Source: Callorhinchus milii (taxonomy: Eukaryota). From it: a DNA stretch of 64,000 nucleotides. Position numbers and translations under genes: made by a program. Where the stretch lies: assembly GCF_018977255.1 (NCBI RefSeq), contig NW_024704742.1:51834001-51898000 (forward strand), in the 5' to 3' direction. The stretch's first letter is position 1. Each line of letters opens with the position of its first letter. Below are positions 12,826-24,945 of this stretch, in pieces. The notes under the pieces were generated by a model. It made no database searches. It was not told the origin of the DNA and was given only the letters and a program-made list of their open reading frames with translations.

Positions 12826-13882
12826 TAACATCAACAACAACAATTTGGATTTATACAGCACCTTCCATGCCGGACAGCGTCTCGGAGCACTTCACAGTAT
12901 CCCGGGGCCGAGCAAGGGGGAGGGGGAGGAAGGTGACCAAAGGCGCGGTCGAAAAGAAAGGTCTTCAGTTGAGACCAGAAAATAGGAAGAGAGGGGGCGA
13001 GGCGAAGGGAGTGAGGAAGGGAATTCCAGAGCCTCGGGGCGTAGTGATTAAAAGCACGGCCGCAGATGGTGGAGCGGAGGATTCAGGGACAAGGAGGGGG
13101 CCAGACCCGGTGGAGCGAAGGCAACGGGCACTGTTGTGAGGAGAGAGGTCAAAGAGGTAGGGGGTTGCAGAGGAATGGAGGGATTTGAAGACAAGAGTGT
13201 GGATCTTGAAGTTGATCCTCTCTGGGATAGGCAGTCAGTGCAGTCTGGCAAGGACTGGGGTGATCGGGGCGCGGAATTTGGTGCGGGTGAGAATGCGGGC
13301 GGCAGTTTTGGATGACCTGGATTTCATGGATGGTAGTGGAGGGGAGACCGGCGAGGAGGGCGTTAGAATAGTCCAGCCGAGAGGTGACAAAGGCATGGAC
13401 CAGAGTTTCAGTGGTTTTTGGAGTGAGGTATTGGCGGAGATGGGCGATGCGTTGGAGGTGGAAGAAAGCGGTGCTGGTGAGGGACCGGATGTGGGGGAGG
13501 AAGGATAATTGAACCTGACGCTTAGGTTGCGTACGGGTTCAGAGTTTTAGGGGGAGGTCAGGAGGTGAGAACCATGTGATTTTAGACTTTGACGAGAGCC
13601 AAAGAGTATGGCTTCCGTTTTGTCAACATTTAGCTGAAGAAAATTTGTGCTCATCCAGCTCTTGATGTCTGACGGGCAGGCTGACAAAACATCAGGGGAC
13701 TGGGAGGTCGCTAAGTGAGGTGACAAAATAGAGTTGGGGGTCGGCCGTATAAATGTGGAAGTGTACCCCATGTCTGCGGATGACATCCCCAAGAGGGAGC
13801 ACATAGATTAGGAAGAGGAGGAGGCCAAGGATGGATCCTTGGGGTACTCCACAGGTAACCGAGTGAGAGCGGGAGGAAAAGA
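12826..13882 (-). mobile_element. L2 LINE fragment with RT C-terminus (tail type B)
   Basis: Minus-strand CGVPQGSILG, FHIYTAD (decayed YADD), FLQLNVDKTEAILFG, and a (CAA)n tail. Confidence 0.9.
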
Positions 13883-16169
13883 CTAAATATAGTGGCTTGT
13901 TGTTCTGGGAAAACATGTAATAGAAGAGAAATCACTTCAATTATTATTTGGAATCCTATTGGTGGATGGTTAGCCTCTATCTGGAACAGTGCAACTACTC
14001 CATGTATACTGAGTGCTGGTGCAGATAGATTTGATTTGTCTTAGTTACTGTAGCATCAACGAACTGAGCTATACTTGGATCTGTTCCAGTTTCCTCTACA
14101 GGGCAATCCACAAATCCTTACTAAAGAGAGCAGATCATATTGTGCAGGATGTTTGGAGGACTTTAGTTTGAAACTTCCAACATAAATAAGGAGCAGGAAA
14201 AGAGACAAAACCAGATATGAAAAACAGGGGAATGGGGGGGAACAATATAAATCTGTCTCTCCCAGCAGCCTTTTACTTAAGTGCCGTGATTAGGTCATAA
14301 ATTCAATTATTCTTTTAATAAAAAAACTGATTGTAAAAAAACAGAATCAATTTCACCAACTTCTGGTAAACCACTTAAAATGTTGCTTTGCCCAATATTT
14401 GGTGCACTTGAAGTAGCCCTGATGTTGCAACTGGGTCTCTTTAGTGCTTTGCACCTTTACTACAGACATTTCCTCTAATGTAGTTAGCTGTTCCAAAACT
14501 GCCTCTGCTTTCTGATAGTAATTTCTTGCTGTAATTAAGCCAAAAGACAAGAAGGAACCATCAGAGGAAATTGCTTCAATACCAAGAGACCCACTTTGCA
14601 GCAAATTTTCAAACAGCACAATTTTACAAGTATTGCTCAATCTTTGTCATAAGAGCAACTTTGTTAAGGGTGTGTGGGGGAAGATTATTCATAGTAAAAC
14701 AAACACAATGTGGTCTTAATATAGAATTGATCCCAAACCAAGAACTTCCTAATACTGAAAAATCTTTTACAATTACCCTGTGAACATTCAAAAATAATCT
14801 TAGCATTTTAAAAAAAAGTAAATTAGACACACCCAGAATGGAATTCCAACTTTTATTTTCAAGTGAAAACACATCACGTGAGCATTATAGGCAGGAATAT
14901 GCTATTGATTCTTTTGAGACAATTTTCCTCCTTCCATTATAGAAAGCTGTGACGTATACAAGAGTATTATTCCACAAATGCTGGCTGCTCTCCAGTACCT
15001 TAGCCAAGTAGCTGTGCTTCATGAGTGAACCTAGAAGTCAGCATCAGTGGGCTCTTTAACAGTAGCTCAAAGTTCAAACCCATTCTTGTCTGACATTCTT
15101 GCACATGCAATTCCCTAGCCATTTATTTTGAGTCAGTGTGGCAGGCACAGAATTCCCACGTGGAACCATAACATCCAATGCATGAATTGTAATTTCAGGT
15201 TTTCTTTTGCCCACTTCATGTGGAGCAGCAATTCCCAGTGACAAAAATGAGAGAACTCAAGCTTGGCAGTAAGTCAGGTGACCCATTTATGTTTCATTTA
15301 CAAAAACACATCAAATTTGTATGTACAATCACACGTGCATGAAACACCAAAGTACACTTTCATGTCCAACTAAGCCTTCGGTAGCAGCAATAGATTAATG
15401 AGTGAGAGAATCAGAGGTCAAAAATGTACCCAAGCAGGTAGGATGCCAAGAAAAGTTTGAACTCATGGAGGAAAAATTGGAAGCAGCCCAAGAAAATATA
15501 CACAGCGACATATGCAGATATGCTGTAATTCAAGGGCTATATAAAGGGTTATAGAGAGGTGTTAATAGAGACAGAGCAAAGAGGTTTAAACATTGCATGA
15601 TACTTATCCATTTGCAAGGTTCAGACGATTACATACCATAATAAAATGAGTTCTGCTGTTTTTACAAAATACATAAATGTATTACAAAAATTAAAATGGA
15701 GGAAGACAGGCAATAGAACACATGCGCTTTTCCCCATTACAAATTCTAATTTTCACAACATCTGTGCAGAGAAAAACCCATAAAGAAATAACATAAACCA
15801 AAAAAAAATTACAATTCCAGCAACTACTAGAATTAAAAAAAAAGAATATTTCAAAATGCAGTAGTTGTCTAAAAACACTCCAGTTGTTAAAACACTACCA
15901 AAGAAATAAGACAGCAACTTCTACACAGTGGTGACTTTCACATCAAAAGACAGAACAATGTATATATTTTGAAAACTGAAATCAAAAAGTGTCAAACTAA
16001 AAACTTGACCAACAATTATAAGATCTGGGGAGAAATCAAGGAATGGCAATGAATTATGCAGTACCAGGGGGCTCTTCAATGCTGTAAACACTAAAAGCAC
16101 CGCCAACAAAGGGCAAATAATATTTTGTAAGCTCTTTCAATGTTGGGGAAGCAAAATTTTACAAAAACT

Positions 16170-16240
16170 CATCACCATGCTTAAGAGTACCCAAACCAGA
16201 CAGAGTTTCCCATGTATATGCCACCTACAAAGGGAACTTG
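16170..16240 (-). repeat. Unclassified retroposon family X, short 3' fragment
   Basis: CATCACCATGCTTAAGAGTACCCAAACCAGACAGAGTTTCCCATG, shared with the 21522, 23809 and 60065 copies. Confidence 0.7.
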
Positions 16241-16391
16241 CTACTGTTTACAACTATACTTTTTGCAGTGCTCTAAGGACCAGACACTTCTTTCCAACAA
16301 ATTGTGACCGGGTTGTCTCGCAATCCTTATAAAGTTGCATTTTACTTAGAAAAATGACATATGATTTGCTAGCTGTTGGGATAGATTCAAA

Positions 16392-16957
16392 CCACAACAA
16401 CAAAATTACATTTGTATAGCACCTTCATATCGGGAGGATGTCCCAAGGCACTGGACAGTCAAGTGTTTCGGACCCGAGCTGGGGGTCGGGATTAGGGAGC
16501 GTGGAGGGCAAGGGAGGGAAGCAGGGTGATCGAAAGCACGGTCGAAGAGGAGGGTCTTGAGATAGGTCTTGAAGGAGGCAAGGGAGGGGCTGTGGGACGG
16601 ACTTACAGAGGGTGGGGGCAGACTAGCAGATGTCCTGCCCGCCAATGTTGGGGAAGGCAAGGCCAGAGCTCACTGAGCGGAGGTAATTGGCAGATTGGTA
16701 GGGGATTAGGAGGTCACAGAGGTGAGGGGAAGCGAGGCCATGGAGGGCTTTGAAGGTGAGGATCAGGATCTTGAATTGTATCCTCAGTGTGATGGGAAAC
16801 CAGTGGAGTCGGGCGAGGATGGAGGTGACAGGGTCAAGGAGCCTGGTGTGGGAGAGGACATGTGCTGCAGAGTTCTGGATGATCTGCAGTCTATGGAGGG
16901 AGGAGTTGGAGAGGCCGACGCAGGGAGTTTGCATAGTCGAGCCTGGAGGTTATGAAT
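16392..16957 (-). mobile_element. L2 LINE 3' fragment (tail type A)
   Basis: ORF 16623-16934 reads LHRLQIIQNSAAHVLS...LARLHWFPI..RIQFKIL, followed by an L2 tail. Confidence 0.9.
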
Positions 16958-17389
16958 AGCTTTAAAGGGAACACGATGGAGTAGGAAAGATAAATTATTT
17001 TTATTCTAATCTAAAACTCCTTTCCATATTTCCTATGAAAAAAGTCACAGAAACATCTCCTCCCTTAGTGGAATTATTATTCCCATTGATCTGATTTGTA
17101 AAGGCATCATCATGGAAACCCAATGAGTAATTTCCATCTGGATAAGACTCAATAGGGTGACCTTTTCCAATGAAGCATTTCTGGCAGTTTACTATTTCCT
17201 GAGAAGGAATCTGCATGCTTCCAAATAAAAGACCGACTACCTTGTCTGGCATTCCTCATACTTTAAACAGGTATCAACAATTTATTACATAAAACCAAGT
17301 TGATGAATCACAAAGATGAAGACATTTGATTACACAGATTTGCCCAATTTACAACTGAAAGCATTCACAAAAATGGAAAAGAATGTATA

Positions 17390-17490
17390 GGAGAGGGAAT
17401 TAGAAGGCGGAGGCTGATGTGGATTATAAATATCAGCATGGACTACTTGAGCCAAATGGCCTGTTTCCATATTGTAACAGTCTATGTAAT
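17390..17490 (+). mobile_element. CR1 3' UTR fragment
   Basis: CAGCATGGACTACTTGAGCCAAATGGCCTGTTTCCATATTGTAA is a CR1-type terminus. Confidence 0.55.
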
Positions 17491-17622
17491 TGATCCTATT
17501 GTGTATCAAAGAACTGAATGACAGCTCACTGTAAAAGTGCTCAGTGTATGGCTACTACTACTGTAATAATACTTGCATTTGATAGATACTGTAAGAGAAG
17601 GACTGTTTGATGAAATCTTGGT

Positions 17623-17933
17623 ATAATAATCCTTGCATTTGATATATCGCTTTTCACGTCAGGAGGACGTCCCAAAGCGCTTCACAGAATATACCGTAAA
17701 GTGAATTGACTGCATATTTGTGGGCAAACATGGCAGCCAATTGCGCACAGCAATGTCCCACAAACAGTCGTAGATTGAAAATGACCAATTTATTATTGTT
17801 TTTTGTATGAGAGGGATTATTATTAGGCGTGTGGAGTAAGGAAACTTGCCCAAGGTTTTGCCCTGTCTGGAATTGAACCCAGATGTCTCGCTTGCAAAGC
17901 GAGTGCTCTAACCACTGAGCTATAGGACTCCAC
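17623..17933 (-). mobile_element. Young tRNA-derived SINE, short form, L2-A-type tail
   Basis: Reverse complement of the 18076 and 42910 copies: A/B boxes, TTTGCAA anticodon loop, (ATT)n tail. Confidence 0.92.
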
Positions 17934-18075
17934 ATTTGAAGAATGAAACGATGCTACAATTCATCAAGCAAATCATCTTCTATTCATAATAGACTAATTT
18001 GAAGCGCAACAGACTTCTTATTGTCTTAGCCTTGAAACATTACATATAGTATTTTATATAGACACAGCATCTTGA

Positions 18076-18399
18076 GTGGAGTCCTGTAGCTCAGTGGTTA
18101 GAGCACTCGCTTTGCGAGAGACCTGAGTTCAATTCCAGGCAGGTCAGGGCGAAACCTTGGGCAAGTTTCCTTACTCCCCACAGAGCCTAATAATAATCCC
18201 TCCAAAACCAAAAACAATAATAAATTGGTCATTTTCAATCTACGACTGTTTGGGGACATTGCTGTGCGCAATTGGCTGTCGCGTTCGCCCACAAATATAC
18301 AGTCAATTCACTTTACAGTGTGTTCTGTGAAGCGCTTTGGGACGTCCTCCCGACGTGAAAAGCGCTTTATCAAATGCAAGGATTATTATTATTATTATT
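18076..18399 (+). mobile_element. Young tRNA-derived SINE, short form, L2-A-type tail
   Basis: GTGGAGTCCTGTAGCTCAGTGGTTAGAGC...GTTCAATTCC head and ...CCCGACGTGAAAAGCGCT...(ATT)n tail. TTGAGT is repeated at both ends. Confidence 0.92.
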
Positions 18400-18613
18400 G
18401 AGTTATATCCACTTGATACTCATTTGTATGGAATTAATCTTTCACTATTTACCCTCTCAAACCCTTTTATAATTTTAAGCATTTAGATTGATTCTTGCTT
18501 AATTCTTGCTCCACTGAATATAGCCCCATCTTTTCAGACTTGCATCACAAATAAATTCTGTTATCACTGGTGTCCTCCTTATGTATCTAATCTCCACCCT
18601 CACCAGGTCTCTT

Positions 18614-18682
18614 AATAATAATAATAATCCTTGCATTTGATATAGCGCTTTTCATGTCGGGAGGACGTCCCAAAGCGCTTCA
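18614..18682 (-). mobile_element. SINE tail-only insertion
   Basis: (AAT)n CCTTGCATTTGATATAGCGCTTTTCATGTCGGGAGGACGTCCCAAAGCGCTTC. Confidence 0.8.
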
Positions 18683-18899
18683 ATAATATATTTTCTATGA
18701 GAGGGTGCCAAATACATCAAGTGTAGTCTAACCAATGTCTTATGAAGATTAAAATCACCTACTTTACTATTCAATTCTCCTATATTAAGACCTAGCACCC
18801 CACTTGTGATTTATTATCTTTTCTACCTAAAATTGCATTTGTAAAGTTCTGTGCATCTACACGTCTCAGTTCCTCTAATAGTTGGAGAATTTTACCATT

Positions 18900-19420
18900 T
18901 ATGAGAACTAACTTTCTACAGTTGAACGTCAACAAGACCGAGGCGCTCCTGATTGGCGCACCAGACTCCGTGACCCCATCAGCCCCACTCTCGCCCGGCT
19001 ACACTGGCTCCCCGTCCCCCAGGATAGAGTTCAAAATCCTTGTCTTCAAGGCCCTCCACGGCCTTGCTCCTCCCTATCTTTGTGACCTGCTGATCCCATA
19101 TCAACCTGTCTGCTCCCTCCGCTCAGCAAGCTATGGCCTGCTCCACATTCCACAACCCCCCCTGGCCCGCCCCATCATCGGCCTTCTGTCTTTCCGCCCC
19201 CAGCCTATGAAACTCCATCCCACATTCCCTCTGACTCACTCCCTCCCTTGCCTCCTTCAAGGCACGTTTCAAAACCCTCCTCTTTGACCGAGCCTTTGGC
19301 CACCCTCCTACTCTCCACCCTCCCCAATCCTGACACCCAGCTTGGGTCCAAATCCTTGACCAGCACCTTGGGACTCCTCCTGACGTGAAAGGCATTATAC
19401 AAATGTAATTTTGTATTGTA
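18900..19420 (+). mobile_element. L2 LINE 3' fragment with internal deletion
   Basis: [19 protein letters not shown] is joined directly to the ...RIEFKILVFKALHGLAPPYL region, followed by an L2 tail. Confidence 0.88.
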
Positions 19421-19464
19421 TTTATGGTATATTTCTATTCTATTACTGCATCCCAATCAAAGAA

Positions 19465-19580
19465 TTATACTGCACAGGAGGAAGCCATTCAGCCCATTAC
19501 TGGCTCTTTGAAAGAGCTATCCAAATTATTCACACTCCTCCGCTCTCTCCCCATAGCCTAGCAAATTTGTCCTTCCCAAT
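19465..19580 (-). mobile_element. CR1 3' UTR fragment
   Basis: GCACAGGAGGAAGCCATTCAGCCC...AAAGAGCTATCCAAATT...CACTCC is homologous in reverse to 51350-51465. Confidence 0.6.
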
Positions 19581-20747
19581 TTGGATTATTTCTAACATCT
19601 CTATGAAACAACTTGACATTCTCCCCATGACCCAAATTAAATGGTACCCCTCTCCAGCATCCTTTACACTTTAACAACTTTTAATTTTGGAAATTCTCAA
19701 ATATTGATATTATTTCCTTGTGCCAATGTCCAAATTTAATATTTGACACAATATAAAATAATCCAGGAATATGTTATTCACTACAATGGTCAATTTAAGA
19801 AACATGCATTTACTTCTATTCTCCCTCTCCTTTCTGCCCTTCAGCAACCTTCTACTTATAAACACTACCACACTGCTATTAAAACCATGATACCCTTACT
19901 TCTTTACATTGAAAAGTACAGTATATCTAATTTTATCTGTTGAAATCTCAATAGATAAAATCAGTGGATTACTGTATCAGTTTAAAACTTATACACCCAC
20001 ACACCATATGTCCATTTCTTAGAAGGGATATTTATAAAACTGGTTGCTTAACTCCAAATTAAATTCAAAGCTTCAAAGGCATCCTTTTTACCAATGTAGA
20101 CATTTATATAATGTGGTAACAAGAATACAGTCCTATTAAAAAAATACATTAAGTTTAACATCCAAGAGTCACATGAGCAAACTCAAACAAGTGAGCATAA
20201 AGAGTTCAAGTCACAACTTTAGTCAAAACAGTCCTCTTCTCTCCTCCAGAGACTCTCCTTTCTGCCACTGTGTGGATTGCTTTCAATTCCTTCTCTTAAC
20301 ACAACCATTTCCTGCCACATGTCAGTGATGTGATCTCCAACAGCCAATCAAAATCAGCTCTAAATTAACCGCTCACAAGGGACAGGTTACATACTCTTTG
20401 GAGAGCTCAATAGTCAACTTTCTAATTTGAAGCACATGGTGGGGGGGCAATGTTACCTCACTCTCGAAAGGGCCACAGCTCACTTTGCAGATTTACAACA
20501 TTGAGAACTGTTCCAGACAAAATTTATCCAGAATTCTGGGTGTTTATCCCAACAATCCTGCTGTAGGGTGAAGCAATTGGGTTTTTGTGGCATAATGTTT
20601 CATGCCCGGAAAAGTCATTATTCCTTCTGATGTGCTGTCAGTGTCGGATTGTGTGGGATGCATTTTCTTGAACAATACAATATGTTTAGTGCACAAATAT
20701 ATTAGAATCATATGCAAATATGGAATGTTCAAAGAGAGACATCTATA

Positions 20748-20915
20748 CAACAACAACAACAAAATTACATTCGTATAGCGCCCTTCACGTCCGGAGGACG
20801 TCCCAAGGCGCTGGTCAGACAGAGTTATGGACCCGAGCTGAGAGTCGGGGTGGGGGAGGGCAGGGGGAGAAGCAGGGAGATCGGAAGCATGGTTGAAGAG
20901 GAGGGTCTTGAGATA
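20748..20915 (-). mobile_element. Short L2 3' fragment (tail type A)
   Basis: (CAA)n AATTACATTCGTATAGCGCCCTTCACGTCCGGAGGACGTCCCAAGGCGCTGG. Confidence 0.85.
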
Positions 20916-20930
20916 TGTTGAGGTATATAC

Positions 20931-21001
20931 AATAATAATAATAATAATAATCCTTGCATTTGATATAGCGCTTTTCACGTCGGGAGGACATCCCAAAGCG
21001 C
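20931..21001 (-). mobile_element. SINE tail-only insertion with 8-bp TSD
   Basis: (AAT)n plus SINE tail. ATATACAA at 20925-20932 and 21002-21009. Confidence 0.85.
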
Positions 21002-21521
21002 ATATACAAGTATGTTGTACCCAAATATGCACATCATTTACGTTTTTCCCCAGATTAATTTTAGTTGGATCTTGTACCAAGAGAACTGGGGGGCATAGCA
21101 ATCTACTGGCTGACCCTTAAATAGGCTCAAATGTAGTCCAGAATGGAAGATGAAAGTCTTCTTCCTCTACCTGTTGAGAACTGCAAATTAAGTTATTATT
21201 ATCATTAGTGCTCTGAGATGCTACCCTGCATGAAGAACGCTGTAAACATGCAAGTTGTTGTTGTTGAAGCAGCAGGACAGTCCCACGTGTTTCCAATAAT
21301 CCGAATCCACCAATAAATGTGGCCATAATTTGGCACAAATTGGATAAAGTCCTTTAAAAAGAATAATGTAGGCCACATCCTTACCATATGAACTGCTTTA
21401 TTAAGGTTGGAGTTAAGCAAAGGGATTGGGAAAAGCAGAAGGAACTGACCCTTGTGTAAAAGTAAAATATTATTTGATGTTTACATTCCTGATCCTAAAA
21501 AAGACAAGGTAACTAGAGCAT

Positions 21522-22097
21522 TTTTGTTTGGTTAGCGGGGTGTCTGACACATCACCATGCTTAAGAGTATCCAAACCAGACTGAGAGTTTCAAATATGCA
21601 TGCCACCTACACACAAAAATTTCCATGTACCTGGAATGGAAAGCTGGAATGAAATGCATACTCTCTCCCTGGAGCAACGGACTGCTTACTGAATTATAGA
21701 GAGCATTAGCCACTGGTTGGCAAGAGTGAAGGCTTGGGGACCCCAGAGTGTGCATCGGAGTACTGTGGAAGTTTAACAATCTCAAACAGCATAGCTTCCA
21801 ATTAAGAGTACTGACTAACAAGCTTTCTGCTGCTTCTCCTACTAATATCACCCTACATGATAGAGCTTTGACTTACAGGGTTGTCAGGAGCTGAGAAGAA
21901 TCTCTGATCCTAGTGACTGGTCTGCCCTTGAAGTCTTGCCGATGAGCCAGGTTGATTGGTCTGATATATGCAGTGCCCCAGAGGTCTGCAGATCTGACTA
22001 CTTCAGAAACCAGACTAGTGAGACTGCCACAGAGATTGACTTGATTCCAACATTCCGTTGCCAAGCAAGCCACCTTGGAGCCAGTTCAACTTCAAGC
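21522..22097 (-). repeat. Unclassified retroposon family X copy
   Basis: Colinear similarity to 23809-24386, 41151-41726 and 60065-60465, with a T-rich (A-tail) end. Confidence 0.8.
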
Positions 22098-23469
22098 AGA
22101 ATAAACAAGGGGGAAACCTTTGCAGGGTGGTCAATCAGCTACAGCACTATAAATGTCAGTATTTGTGACCTTGTATTTTCCTAGGAGAGTGACGGGAAGA
22201 TAGGCGGAGCGGGAGATATGAGGCAGCGTAAAGAATGACGGGAAGGTGGTTTCGCTAATGGCCTATCGCCATCCGGTTGCATAGCCTGGCTCTGCCTCGG
22301 TTTCCTATCGCTGTTTCATGAAAGAATCTTCCATCCTAAATTGTAAATTAAGTTTTTCTAATCACTTTAGATGTTAAAAGTGCTAATAAATGCTCTACAT
22401 GTTAAGGTCTCACTTCAGTAAAATTTATTAACGCATTTCTGCTGTTGTAAAATAACTAATAAACTTGGAGCTGTATATTGCATAACATGGGTGAAATTCC
22501 TTCTAAACATGGCTACCAAGTGCAATTTGACTGGCAATTGAATGTTAACTTGAATTGAACATTTTAATGAATTGGCAAAACAATAAATGCCTAGTTACAA
22601 TTTTAGGTACAGTAGATGTACTATTGTACTATTGGTACAGTAGAGGTACTATTGAATCATAACTACTTGCAACCTTTGAGCAATACAAGAGGAATCTAAT
22701 TACATTGACAAGGGTCAGTTTGACCCAGTGTTATCAACGGACAACTGAACCATATCCTGTAACATTCTAGTCCCTCGGGCATAAAATACAACTGTACAAG
22801 GTCAGAATTTCTTCTTCACATTAAAATGCAACACAAACATCATATACATGCTGAAAAGTTCTTTAAACTCAATACATAACTTTCCTGAATCAGATTCTTC
22901 ATAACGTATTTAGACAAAGAAAACTTACCATTCTATTGCACACCTAATGTGTAATTCACCTTAATGTTTTGCATTAGTATTAAAGTACACAACGCAAAAA
23001 TGTCAGTTCTCTACTGGCACAGGTAACTTTATTGACAGAAGTCAGCAGTTCAGTTTATACTCCTTTGCAGACGACTCTTTTTATCCTGTCACCCACTGCT
23101 GATGACAACACAGTCAGGTTGGCTCATTGGCAGGACTCCAGTGTCTGACTAGGCTGGTAAATCATGATGGATTTTTACACCCGATTTACCAGCCCAGTCA
23201 GACATTGGAGTTTCTCAAATTCTGCTGTAAAATGTCGTTCCACCTATTAATTATAGTACATTTCAAAATCATCACTATATTTAATGCCAATACTCTACCT
23301 ATGTTTTGTATAGTTTATTTCTCCAGACTTATTGATTAATAAACTCTGGGTAAAGCTCATTCATAAAAACTTGTCATTCAATTACAAAAGAATCAACCAC
23401 AAATAGATTGGGTGGGGAAACTTGAAGCAGGCTGCTGTTAGCTGAGCTGAGGGAGCAGCCAACTTGGTA

Positions 23470-23635
23470 AAGTTGCAAGAGGTGACAGAGGTAGAGCGGG
23501 GCAAGGCCATGGAGGAATTTGAATATCAGGATGAAGATCTTGAATTCAATCCAATGGGGAATAGGGAGAAAGTAAAGCCAAGATAGCTATCGGGTGATAA
23601 GATCAAGGAGTCTGATGTAAGAGAGGACATGAACA
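23470..23635 (-). mobile_element. Decayed L2 fragment
   Basis: GGCCATGGAGGAATTTGAATATCAGGATGAAGATCTTGAATTC is the antisense of the ..FKILIL.FK..HG region. Confidence 0.65.
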
Positions 23636-23808
23636 GAATTGCATTAGCATCATGTCATCTGCCTAACATCGGCACAACCCAACATTGATAGACACTGGAC
23701 ATTTCAACGCTTGTTATCAAAAAGGAAAAATAAGGAGCTGGATTGATTTCCCAAAGAAGTTGCCTCAGGATGGAATAACTGCATGTTTTTCTAAGTATTG
23801 TGGCAATC

Positions 23809-24386
23809 TTTTTTTTGGTCAGCCAAGTGTCTGACACATGCGGAAATCCATCACCATGCTTAAGAGTTTCCAGACCAAACTGAGATTTCCATGCATCTAT
23901 GGAAATTCCAGATTTTTATTGGAATGGAATGCCCACTCTCTCCCTAGAGGAACGTATCATGCTTCTCTAATCCAGAAATTTTGATTGTAGATTGGCAAGA
24001 GCAAAGACTTGGGGGCACTAGAGTGTGCGTTAGGGTACTGTTGGAGTCTAACCAGCTAAAGTCTCATAGCTTGTTGTTGAGAGCTATGCGTGGCAAGCTT
24101 TCCCACTGCTTGTCCAGCTAGGACCACCCTACTGGTTTGGACTTTCACTTGCAGTGTTAACAGGAGCTCAGTGGGACGACTGCCTGCCTCTAGTGACTGG
24201 TCGGCCCTTCCAAGTCCCCACCGATGAGCCAGGCTGGTTATGCTGTCACCAGCAGTGCCCCGGAATACTGTGGACCAACCTGACTCAGGAACTGGACTAC
24301 CAAGACCGCTACTGAGGGTGGGCTTGATTTTGACATTCTGTTGTCAAACATGTCACCTGAGCCAGTTCAGCTCCAAAGAGACCCCT
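23809..24386 (-). repeat. Unclassified retroposon family X copy
   Basis: A T-run followed by GGTCAGCCAAGTGTCTGACACATGCGGAAATCCATCACCATGCTTAAGAG..., colinear with the other copies. Confidence 0.85.
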
Positions 24387-24583
24387 GACCTGTCCCCAAG
24401 AAGGATGTTGCAATCTAGGAAAGAATTTGCATTTTTATAGTTTAGTGTAGTGCCTGTTTTTGGAGGCAAAAAGGGCTGCAACGAGGTCTCACAAACTATC
24501 ATGAGTTGAATGTTCATTTAATCTGGAGCATGGTTGGCCACGACACAGGGAGAACCTCCTTTTCTTTCCAAATACAGGACCTT

Positions 24584-24945
24584 GTGGAGTCCTGTAAGTC
24601 AGTGGTTAGAGCACTCGCCTCGCAAGCGAGAGACATGGGTTCAATTCCTGGCAGGGTGAAATGTTTGGCAAGTTTCCTTATTCCACACGCCTCTGTTTAC
24701 CTAGCAGTAAGTAGGAACCCAGTTATTAGTCGATTGGTGGATCACTTTTCCAGGGGTAATAACTCCTTCAAAAAAAATAATGAATTGGTCACTTCAATCC
24801 ATGACTGTTTGTGGGACACTGCTGTGCACAATTGGCTGCCGTGTTTCGCCCACAAAATATACAGTCAATTAACTTTACAATATATTCTGTGAAGCACTTT
24901 GAGACATCTCGAAGATGTGATAAATGCAAGGATAATTATTATTAT
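24584..24945 (+). mobile_element. tRNA-derived SINE, long form, inserted in a minus-strand DeuSINE remnant
   Basis: Head plus the extra central segment CCTCTGTTTACCTAGCAGTAAGTAGGAACCC. The flanks (GGCCACGACACAGGGAGAAC...AAATA and AAATAGTG...ATCTTAATGTCCATCTGA) are contiguous DeuSINE sequence. Confidence 0.88.

Noticed and set aside
20544..21101. 185-aa minus-strand ORF
   Set aside because: It spans SINE and L2 tails. The poly-Ile and poly-Leu runs come from (ATT)n and (GTT)n.
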